Assembly (NCBI RefSeq): GCF_006345805.1
Contig: NC_043002.1
Location: forward strand, 39,308,001-39,372,000
Direction of reading: 5' to 3'
Length of the DNA stretch: 64,000 nt
Origin: Octopus sinensis
Lineage: Eukaryota
Shown here: positions 37,201 to 49,600 of the stretch, piece after piece
How the letters are laid out: every line of letters begins with the position of its first letter
Position numbering within the stretch: the stretch's first letter is position 1
Notes under the pieces: model-generated
Told to the model about the DNA's origin: nothing
Database searches by the model: none
Seen by the model: the letters and a program-made list of their open reading frames with translations, nothing else
Position numbers and translations under genes: made by a program

Positions 37201-40200
37201 TTCTATCAGTCTCTTTGCCAAACAGCTAAGTTACAGGGATGTAAACACACCAGCATTGGTTGTCAAGCTATGGTGAGGGGACAAACACATACATAGATAC
37301 ACAAACATATACATATATACACACACGACGGGCGTCTTTTAGATTTTGTTTACCAAATCCACCCTCAAGGCTGTTGTTGGCCCAAGGCTATAGCAGAAGA
37401 CACTTGCCCAAGTTACCACACAGTGAGACTGAACCCAGAACCATGTGGTTGGTTAGCAAGCTACGTACCACACACCCACTCCTGCGCCTATGAACACAAA
37501 TGCTTCTTGGTGGTGTCATTTGTTTGTAGTCCAAAACAAAAGCATGTCTGAGCTGTTTGTAGCTCAATAGAACAAGAAATTTATTACCTCACTTGCAAAC
37601 AAGTGGTAGCTGGTAACAGGAACTGTCCAGTTGTAGGAAAAACTGTCCAAACATTCTTTCCCAATTCATACAAGCAGGGAAAAATAGAATAAAATGATAA
37701 TTATATATGAGTGTATGTGCATACACACACACACACACACATATATGCATGTGTGTGTGTGTGTGCGTGTGTTTGCATATCATCCACTTTTCCATGCTTG
37801 TATAGGTTGGACAGAGTTTATAGAGGTAGATATTTTTTATGGTCAAATTGCCTTCCTGTCACCAACCATCTGTTTCCAGACGAGGTAATATCTCCCCATG
37901 GCCTGTCATATCTTTGCAGAATATTGGAAATGACAGCTTGTATGACAGTGACACTCAATCATGACAATCATGCAATGCCAAGACAAGGCAACAAATACAC
38001 ACACACATAACGAGCTTTTTACAGTTTCCATCTCTCAAATCTACTCACAAATTTCAGAAATGTAATAAACAAATATATACAAAATATCAAAATGAAATGA
38101 TAACAATTGTAAGAAATAGTTATTGATGGGGTGTAGTTTGGGTTAATCACTCAATTATGTTATTAAACATACAAGTTCGGAAGACAGAATTAACAATGAC
38201 AGCTTTTGATCATAGTTACTACTGAAAGTTGCTTAGTTTTGTACTGTCTTTCGTGTCACTTAATTCTCCGCTGTAAAGTAAGGATTCCTCACAGAGGTTA
38301 ACGGTCATAGATATGTAAAGGAAGGGTAATTCAATCTGGAGAGGAATGTGAAGTAGACTCAACACTGGAAGAATTTGGCCTCAGCTTACATGCATTGGGT
38401 CCTTTCATTTCTGGCAAATATGCCATGAACAAGGATAAAATATGCTTAGCCATAAATGCAAATAGTTGGCATTTTATCTTTAGTCTATTAACTAGAATGT
38501 GTTTCGAGTTTCAAACCTCCTAAAAATTGATAGATGATAGCACTTCAAATTCGGGGAGCTAATTCATAATAGTCAAAAATGTTACACTCAGGCTATTACC
38601 TCCCCTACATTTGTCTTTTAATAAATTAATATATTAGACGTCAATTGATATTAACGCTTTAACATTCATTACATAGCTTGTATGGGTGGGGGAGAGTTCG
38701 ATCATGAAGTATATTGCCGTCATTTGACCTCACCACTTTTTCTCACGTCCCTCTTCCATAAGCAGCTTCTAACGTCAGCACATAATACATTTTAACCCGC
38801 ATCCATCACCCTTTCACATTAAATATTCTTACTAATAATCAAATTTCAACTCACTCTCAGCTCCATTTCTCCAGCTAATCATACACAACTTATTTCCCAC
38901 TAGCCTTCATAATTCTTCCAGTGAATGTCTCATAGTCTGACTTTTACAAAGATAGAAGGCATTTCTTCCCAACCATTTTCTTCACCTAACTACATTTTCT
39001 TATCCTTCATACTGTTGCTAATTTGGAAAAAGTATGGTAATAGCACCAATACAACAGAAATTAATCTTATCAAAAAGCAGTAGCATTTATTTTACCACAT
39101 CCAACCAATACAAGTTTAGTACGTAGTTGTAGAGAGCCCTTTGTTTTTTGAAGTTATTTAAAGAAAGCATTCAACTAGCATGGAAAGCGGACGTTAAATG
39201 ATGATGATGATTCAACATATGGCGAAGTAGAAGATTTGACAATGAAGGGTTAGATATTGTTACATAAACACAGCACCAATGACAAGAATAGAATGTGAAA
39301 CAGATGTTCAGAGTGCAACGAGCAAGCTTCTAGAAGAGATAGAGGGGCATAGATTGAAAACAAAAACTAAGGATTCTTATTCTAACTAGATTTTCACCCA
39401 CAGAATCTATAAAGAAAAAAATTTTCAGGTGGAGATCCAAATAAGTAGAATAATGCATTAGGTCAAAAGGATCACTACAAAGCCAAATATAGGGTTCAAC
39501 CATAGATTCTTTGAATTATTCCTGGCATTTAAAGCCCATTGATAATTGCACCTCATCATCATTTAATGTGCATTTCCCATGATGGCATGGTTTAGACGGT
39601 TTGGCTGGGACTGGTAAGCCAGAGTTGTGCATCAGACTCCAATCTGTTTGGCTTGGTTTCTATAGAATGGATACCCTTCCTAATGCTGACCACTTTACAG
39701 AGTGTACTGGGTGCTGTTTACATGTCACCAGCATGGGTGCCTTTTACAGATCACCTCTAATGAGCAAAAGAGAGAAAGTAAATGAGAGCAAAGTGTTTGT
39801 AGTGAAAATTGCACACAAAATATAGAGATGTAAGAAACTGAAACAAACCTGACAGGTAAGTATTTTGACCTAGCAAGGAAACTTCCCAAATAAGAACTGC
39901 AAGTTACTCGGAAAATTGGTTCTGTATTTGGATTGCTGAATTTTTTCCAGAGATAATCCAAGAATCCATCACACAATAACTGAAAACATTAAAATTGAAA
40001 ACCATATTAAAATACAATTCCATACATATAAATCAACATTTTTTTTGCAAGCATATACAGTACATTTTTGATACACTAGCACCTACTGAAGAAACACTGG
40101 TGCCATTGAGCAGTCAGCATATTAAGATACTTACTAAAGTTTACAGATGGATGTAGGTTTGAACTGCTCCAAAGTGTGTGCAATAATCTTAATGTCTCAA

Positions 40201-43200
40201 GCAATAAGTGTGTTGATATTTTCCAAATAACTATAGCCACCTTTCACAATTTTAAACAGCTTGTGGTACATGTAGTTGTGGGGTGAAATGTTTGAAAGTT
40301 GGGGGGGCTTTTATAGATTCCAGCCATACTCAGAAATAGTTTCAACTCTGTACACATATCTGGAGAGATGACAAACTAGTATATCTATTAAATATACAAC
40401 CACCAGATCAAGAAAAATTTAAATGAGAGCCTTCTAGAAACATTTATGAAATTTAACCTAAAACACCCCATTAAAATTAATATAAATACCATTAACTTAG
40501 CAGATATCTCATAGAAAATAATTCTTGAGTATTATACTTACACTAGCTCACCATATGCCCTCAATAATGACAGCTAATTGTAGTATTTTATATATAAATA
40601 AGGTACATAATCACACATACAAATATTCACATACTTCCCTTGTACACGTACACACATACATACTCAGAGTTGAAATACTGATTTTTTTCACCCCTTCTTT
40701 TCTCTCATTGCTATTACTTTCTCTCACTCCCTCTCTGTCAGGGCTATTACTCTCACTACTTCACTAAATTACTATTTTCTCTCATTTTCCACATCCAGTG
40801 TGATCCTGGACAAATATATAAAAACACTACGCTCATTATTATATTAGGAGATAATGTCAAACAAAGACCTATACTATTAACAGAAAATTCTAAATAATCC
40901 ACCTACAAAATTATAAAAAAATTTAATAATATCAACAAGAACATAACTTATTGATTCTGACAAAAAGGTATTTAATTGCGCTCCACATATTTAGAATATG
41001 ATAAAAAGCAGATTTGAAGAGAAACAGGTTATGTGAGTTAATGGATGGATGTATAGGTACATAAGAAAACCTGCCAAATAAGAAAACCAAGGAAAGAAAA
41101 ATTTTCTGGTTCAATCTATCCTTTAACTGGAATGCATCTTAAAGTATAATCAAAAATTTACCATTCATCATTTTTATGTCTGCTTTTTCCATACTGATAT
41201 GTACTAGACATAACCTTGTTCATGAGAAAAAATTTCTCCACTGGTAAAAAGTTGCTATAGTTGTATGGAAAACAAAGTCAACCTGATAGCTTAATGAAAC
41301 AGGATTGAACATAGAAATAACATAAATCCAGCACCAAAATGCAACTGCATGTCCAGACCATTCAGTAGCATGTCTTACAAAAGTACTAATATACAAAGAC
41401 CAAAGGGACTCGCAACATAGCAGCCAATCTCCCTCAAATTACACTATACTGTCTTAAAGATATCAAACAATGTAGCCTTAGGTATACAAAATGATGGGAT
41501 GGTAACAGAACACCTTTGATCAGAGGTCTGTTAAATAAGGACTGACTAGGTAGGAACTGGAGAAATTTCTGAAACTACCATATAAATTCTAAGGCTGACT
41601 CCAAACTATTCATGTTCATCATCAATTTGCAGAATTATGACAAGATTATAAAAAACGTCTAAGATTAAATATGTGATTTGGTTCAGAAAGAATTTAAGAG
41701 TGGGTGGTGAAAAACTCGTGGATCTGGCAATCAGATCATTTCATTTATTTTCGTAGTTCAGGCTAACAAACTTACACTCCAATCCACACCAGACAAACTG
41801 TAAATAATATATTTAATGCAGTGAGCATAAAAAAACCTATTTAGAAATATTTATGCAGGCTTGATTGGTTGGTTAAGAAGCTTGCTTCACAACTATGTGG
41901 TATTTCAAGTTCAGTTTCACTGTGTGGCATCTAGGGCAAATGTCTTCTACTACAGTATTTCAACTCTGACTATGTATGTGTGTACGTGTACAAGGGAAGT
42001 ATGTGAATATTTGTATGTGTGATTATGTACCTTGCAAATGGATTTGGTAGGTGGAAACAGAAAGAAGCTTAACATGTATGTGTGTGTGCATGAATGGATA
42101 TGTGCATATGTGTTTGTGCTCATGTGCACACTTGTCATGATATCGCATACATGTAAGTAAGTGTCACCATCATGCAAATGCTGATGTTTGTTTCAAGTCT
42201 TCTATGACAAACATGTCTGGCCAAGGGGGAAAATTCCCTTGCTTAGAAACAGGTGAGGGTTGGTGACAGGAAGGGCATCCAGTTGTAGGAAATCAAAGAA
42301 TTCCATCTGATCCATGCAAGCATGGAAAAGCAGACATTAGAATGATGTTGATGCATTGATTAGACAGCATTAGTTCAGATTAGACAGATTAATACTATAA
42401 TCCTATTTACAAATACAGAAAACAACTCCAATTTAGACCTCCTTAGCAAAACTAAAGCTTTGGTATTCTCACTGAAGCATTAATGAAAGAATCATTAAAT
42501 AGACATAGGACACTGCTCACAGGTAAGCATGGAAAATAACAATATTTAACAAAATAAATTTTTGCACTTAATTACAGACATAATATACAGAAATAATTAT
42601 GCAAAAAATAAAAAAGGAGGAAACAAAATAGAAAAAAAAACTACTTACTATATGATATTTACATACATAAAACATGAAAAACTGCACATGACAAGTTTTA
42701 TGAGTTGGTAAGATGACATTTTCAAATATAAGTAATAGTTCACGATACAGTTTCTTACAACTAGGCAAATCAATTTTAGTTTGTATACTACCATCCGGTA
42801 ATGAGGTTTTCTCAAAATCTAATAATGAAACAAAAAAGACAATGGTTTAAAAATTTATGGGTCACTTGTAGCATCTTAAGTTTAAGTTTACAGCCTCAGC
42901 ATTTTTAATTCTAACACCTCTCCACTGACGACAAAATATAGATGAAATTGTATACAGAGAAAAATTAAATTACATCAATTCTGATTACAATGTATTTTGT
43001 CACAGATACACCCACAAAATATCTACTGATGTGTATTTCGTATTTTTCAGATAACATATATGTACAATGTAGTAACAGGCCTTCCATTTATAGAGCCACA
43101 CTCAAGAACAGTGTGAAACTTTTCTGTTCTGTGAGTTGTCTACAGTATTACCTCATGTTACAGAAAAGGATCAAAACATAATGTTAAACCCAACAAGGAC

Positions 43201-46200
43201 AGCAGAGTGACAGACTCATTTGAGCCTGAAGCTTAAAATACTGTGATATTTCTTCCAACTCTTTATGTTGTCAATTCAAATCATAGAGAGGTCAATAAAT
43301 TAAAGTATCAGTCAAGTATTGCAGTCTACCATCCTGCCTCAAATTTCTGGCCCAGAAGCTATGTTAGAAATGATTATTAATTAAATTTTAAAAAAACAAT
43401 GAGGTAGTTAAAATTGGTAGTGCTGAGCAAAATATTGGCATTTATTTTGAGTTTAAATTTGCTTTGCCTGTCATCTCTCAAAATAGGAGGCAGAAATCAG
43501 ATCTTGCAATCATGGATTTGTGGTAAAGCTAAAAATCATTGATACACACAATGCCAAACATTTGTTTAAGTCTATATATAACTCATTCATACACAAGGTG
43601 GCCTGTATAACTTGAATAACATTTAAATGCTTATATGAACAACACAAAAATATACATTATTTACATTTGACGGATATTTGTCTTCATTTTGTTTGTTGTT
43701 AACACGTTTCAGCTGATATACTATCCAGCCTTCATCAGGTGTCATGGGGAAATTTCAAACCTGGGTTCTCATTTCTAAGGTATTTTTTGATATTATTATT
43801 ATTCAGGTGACTGCCTGGAATCGAACTCGGAATCTTGGGGTTAGTAGCCCACGCTCTTAACCACTATGCCATATACCCATGGACATATGGCAGAGTCGTT
43901 AAGGGCGCGAGATACTAACCTGAAGATTCTGAGTTCAATTCCAGGCAATGATGATGATGATGATAGCAACAACATTATCAAAAAATACTTTAGGAATGAG
44001 AACTCAAGTTCAAAATTTCCCCAAGACACCTGAGGAAGGCTGGAGGGTATAGTAGCCAAAATGTTGTGTTAACAACAAACAAAATGAGGACAAATATCCA
44101 TCAAATGTAAATAATGTACATAATTCCTCATCTCTTAAATATAGAACTGTAACACAAAAATATGTATAGGACCCTGGTCAGAGGAGAAAGAGAGATACAC
44201 AGCTCAGTTTTTGAAGGTGCTGCAAGAGTGGAGGAAACAGGAAGAAACCAATGCCCCTGGGTTGCTGCAGCAGGACACAGCAGATCAAGATAAGAAACCA
44301 AATTGGAGTGCTCTTACCTAAGGTACCAAACAACCATGGGTGTCAGCACTAAACCAGGTGATAGATTAAGTCTACCACCCATGAACAGGTAAAGTCCATT
44401 CAATGAGCTTCAATACCATGTCTATAAGGCTTGGAACAAAGGAAGACATTTGCCAAAGGTATCATACAGCTGGATCAAATCCCAAAATGTGACTGGAAAG
44501 TGAACCTCTTCAGCATACTGGCACAACTTATGCTAGATATGTTCAGAATTATACATAATCATTTATATATTTGAGTGTTTTATGTCCATCATTCTATGCC
44601 AGGATGATTTGGATAGAACTTATTTGAGGCAGTAATTTACAGCCACGTACCCTTCATGTCATGAACCTTCACCTGCTTCTCCACTGGTCCACAAAAGCAC
44701 ATGGCAATATAAAAACAAGGTCTGATCAATAATTATCCAGACTGTTGCAATAGTAACAAAGCTAGAGCATGCAGAGTGAAGCTGATTGGCACAGACTGAC
44801 CTTGGACTCTACTGTGCATGCACATTAAGCTTTAACATCCTAGCTCACTTCCGCTGTTTACAGCAGTGTTTGGAGGGAAAGTGTATAGTGTGTGATCGTC
44901 ACATTGACCATGACAGAGAAAGTTGCCATGGCTAAAGCTGCTCAGAGGCCTACATTAAGTTGCAGAAAGTGTATGGAGAGGAGTATATGAACCACATGCA
45001 AGTGTACGGTGGTTCAGACGTTTCCAAGATATCTGATAAAATGTCGATAGTGACAAACATTCTAGGAGACCCGCAACCAGCAGGACTGAGAAAAACACCG
45101 CAGATGTGCATGCAGCTGGGAAAATGTCGAATCACCATCTGTGAGTTATCAGAGGATGTGCAGATTAATTACAGTTCATTTCAGTCCATTATCACTAAAG
45201 ATTTAGGTATGAGACAGGTCTACCAGATTTGTGCCAAAACTGCTTTCAGATTACCAAAATGACACTCGTTTCAGTTGCACAAGATCTCCTTAATTGTGTT
45301 GAGAACAATGAAAACTTTTTGAAAATTTTGTGTAGGCCTCTGAGCAGGTATCACCAAGCTTTTGGCAAAATTTTAAGATTCTCTGCTCAACTTTCTCTGT
45401 GATGATCAATGCAATGATCACAGACTACATACATTTCTTCCAAGCAGGCACTGCTGTAAACAGCAGAAGTGAGCTACAACTTTAAAAATTAGTGCACATG
45501 CACAACAGAGTTCAAGGTCAATCTGTGCCAAACAGCTTCACTCTGCATGCTTTAGTTTCATTACTATGACAACAGTCCGGATACTTACTGATCAGACCAC
45601 GCATGATGTTTGCAAGGAATATAACACCAACATCACAGTTTGCTCATAGCATAACACATAGCATAAAGACATGCAATATCAGCATTCACTCATACACACA
45701 GGAACAAACATATGCAAGTGCATGTGAGCATGTATGTATTTATACAGCTCCCAGAGGCAATGACAATTGATCAAACTTATGGAGAATTGCTGTGCTCAAG
45801 AAGACACATCAAGCTAAGTGAAAGTGCGGTCGTGGCCAGTGCCAGTGACATGTGAAAGGCACCTACGCCGGTGACACATAGAGGAGACACCCAGTACACA
45901 CTGTAGAATGGTTGGCATTAAGAAGGGTATCCAGCTGTGGAAAATAAACCAAAACAGACAACTGGTGCCTGGCACAGCTCCCTGGCTTACCATCAAACCC
46001 ATGGCAGCATGGAAAACAAATACTGATCACACACACATACTCACACAATTATCAATTCAACTCACAGAGCACTGGACAGTCCAAGAGTATCAGAACCTGT
46101 CCAAGGTACCAGGCAGTGAGATAGAACCCAAGACTACATTTTAGCAATTCCATATCCACACAGCTACGCCCTGAGCCTAGGCGTAACATTTAACCATTCA

Positions 46201-46606
46201 CACATTGTAAACAACAAAAGTTATACAATGCACTTACTATTATAGGCTACATTCTGTATGTGAGATAACAGTATGTGCATGAGAACATCTAACATTTCAG
46301 CTTGTGGATGTTTCATCAACTGGCCAGTATTAAGATTAAATTCAGTTTTAGCAACCTACAAAAAAAAACAAAAAACAATGATACATTGGGTTAACAAAAG
46401 CCTTTTAAGTGGATTTAGTAGATGGAAACTGAATGGAAGCCTGCTATGTGTGTGTGTGTGTGCATATGTGTATAATTTAGTAAAATTGTTAAAAAGAATG
46501 CTGTGAACATGTGGGGAATGGAAAACAACATTTTGGAGAGAATCTTACTTCAGGGAAAAGTTGAAAGGTGAGATGCAGACCAACACCAGTCTCTTGGAAG
46601 TGTCTG

Positions 46607-46661
<55 letters not shown>

Positions 46662-49600
46662 TCATCATCATCATTAGCGTCCGTTTTCCATGCTAGCATG
46701 GGTTGGACGGTTCAACTGGGGTCTGGGGAGCCCGAAGGCTGCACCAGGCCAGTCAGATCTGGCAGTGTTTCTACAGCTGGATGCCCTTCCTAACGCCAAC
46801 CACTCCGAGAGTGTAGTGGGTGATTTTATGTGCCACCGACACAGGTGCCAGACGAGGCTGGCGAACGGCCACGCTCGGATGGTGTTTTTATGTGCCACCG
46901 ACACAGGTGCCAGATGAGGCTGGCAGATGGCCACGATCGGATGGTGTTTGTTACGTCCCCAAAGCACGGAGGCCAGTCTATGCGGTACTGGCTACGGCCA
47001 CGTTCGGATGATTTTCTTGTGTGCCACCGGCACTGGTACCACAAGGATACAAATTCCATTGATGTTCATCTATTTTGATTTGTTTTGATTTGATTTTCAC
47101 TTGCCTCAACAGATCTTCACAAGTGTCACAAGAAGGAAGGTATGCACAGGTGGACTGACTACGTCCCAGGTAGGGGCCACGGGTTATGGCCTGACTAGTC
47201 TTGCCGGGTCTTCGGATGGTGTTTTTATGTGCCACCGACACAGGTGCCAGATGAGGCTGGCGAACGGCCACGATCGGATGGTGTTTGTTACGTGCCCACA
47301 GCACGGAGGCCAGTCGATGCGGTACTGGCTACGGCCACGTTCGGATGGTTTTCTTGTGTGCCACCGGCACTGGTACCACAAAGATACAAATTCCATTGAT
47401 GTTCATCTATTTTGATTTGATTTGATTTGATTTTCACTTGCCTCAACAGGTCTTCACAGGTCTTCACAAGTGTCACAGGAAGGAAGGAAGGTATGCACAG
47501 GTGGACTGACTACGTCCCAAGTAGGGGCCACGGGTTATGGCCTGACTAGTCTTGCCGGGTCTTCGGTTGGTGTTTTTATGTGCCACCGACACAGGTGCCA
47601 GATGAGGCTGGCGAACGCCACGATCGGATGGTGTTTGTTATGTGCCCACGTCACAGAGGCCAGTCGATGCGGTACTGGCTACGGCCACGTTCGGATGGTT
47701 TTCTTGTGTGCCAACGGTACTGGTACCACAAAGATACAAATTCCATTGATGTTCATCTATTTTGATTTGGTTTGATTTGATTTGATTTGATTTTCACTTG
47801 CCTCAACAGGTCTACACAAGTGTCACACACTTGCCTCAACAGGTCTTCACAAGTGTCATAAGTAGGAAGGTATGCACAGGTGGACTGACTACGTCGCCGG
47901 GTCTTCGGATGGTGTTTTTATGTGCCACCGACACAGGTGCCAGATGAGGCTGGCAAACGGCCACGATCAGATGGTGTTTGTTGTGCCCACAGCACGGAGG
48001 CCAGTCGATGCGGTACTGGCTACGGCCACGTTCGGATGGTTTTCTTGTGTGCCACCGGTACTGGAACCACAAAGATACAAATTCCATTGATGTTCATCTA
48101 TTTTGATTTGGTTTGATTTTGATTTTCACTTGCCTCAACAGGTCTTCACAAGTGTCACACACTTGCCTCAACAGGTCTCCACAAGTGTCACACACTTGCC
48201 TCTGCCTCAACAGGTCTTCACAAGTGTCATAAGAGGGAAGGTATGCACAGGTGGACTGACTACGTCGCCGGGTCTTCGGATGGTGTCTTTATGTGCCACC
48301 GACACAGGTGCCAGATGAGGCTGGCGAACGGCCACGATCGGAGGTGTTTGTTGTGCCCACAGCACGGAGGCCAGTCGATGCGGTACTGGCTACGGCCACG
48401 TTTGGGTGGTTTTCTTGTGTGCCACCGGCACTGGTACCACAAAGAATACAATTCCACTGATGTTCATCTATTTTGATTTGTTTTGATTTGATTTTCACTT
48501 GCCTCAACAGGTCTTCATAAGTGTCACAAGAAGGAATGTATGCACAGGAGGACTGACTATGTCCCATGTAGGGTCCACGGGTTATGGCCTGACTAGTCTT
48601 GCCGGGTCTTCTCACGCACAGCATACTTCCATAGGTCTCGGTCTCTAGACATTTCCTTAGTGAGACCTAAAGTACGAAGGTCGTGCTTCACCACCTCGTC
48701 CCAGGTTTTCCTGGGTCTACCTCTTCCACAGGTTCCCTCAACTGCTAGGGTGTAGCACTTTTGCACACAACTATCTTCAGCCATTCTCATCACATGACCA
48801 TATCAGCGCAAACGTCTCTCTTGCACACCACAACTGACGCTTCTTAGGTTCAACTATTCTCTCAAGGAACTTACACTCTGACGATTATGAACACTGACAT
48901 TACACATCCATCGGAGCATACTGGCTTCATTTCTTGCGAGCTTACGCATATCCTCAGCAGTCACGGCCCATGTTTCACTACCATGTAGCATGGCTGTACG
49001 TACACATGCATCATACAGTCTGCCTTTTACTCTGAGCGAGAGGCCTTTTGTCACCAGCAGGGGTAAGAGCTCTCTAAACTTTGCCCAGGCTATTCTTACC
49101 CTAGCAGTTACACTTTCAGCACACCCGCCCCCGCTACTGACTTGGTCTCCTAGGTAGCGGAAGCTATCAACTACTTCTAGTTTGTCTCCCTGGAACGTGG
49201 CAGAAGTTGGTCTCTGCACATTTCCAGTGTTTATTGCTCCTGAGCATTTGCCACAGACAAAAACTATTTTCCTAGTTAGCCTTCCTTTGACATTGCTGCA
49301 CCTCTTATGTGTCCATAGCTTACACTTGGTGCATCTTATAGAGTTTCTACCTACACCTTTTTTACAGATCGAGCAGGGCCATCTACCTGAAGGCGTATGT
49401 GATTGATCTACCTTCCTACTTATTAGGACTTTGGTTTTGGCTAGGTTGATTCTAAGGCCCTTCGATTCTAATCCTTGTTTCCACACCTGAAACTTCTCCT
49501 CCAGTTCTGATAGTGACTCAGCAATTAGAGCAAGGTCATCAGCATAGAGGAGCTCCCAGGGGCAACCTGTCTTGAATTCCTCCGTTATTGCCTGGAGGAC

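Noticed and set aside
38492-38638. Possible minus-strand Helitron (TCTAATATATT ... CTAG)
   Set aside because: The 5' flank is G rather than A, and there is no clear terminal hairpin.
46800-48610. Repeat-spacer-like appearance suggesting a CRISPR array
   Set aside because: Units are degenerate LINE 3' UTR copies without unique spacers; eukaryotic context and no cas genes.
46674-48624. Many overlapping 60-110 aa ORFs
   Set aside because: By-product of stop-poor GC-rich tandem repeats.
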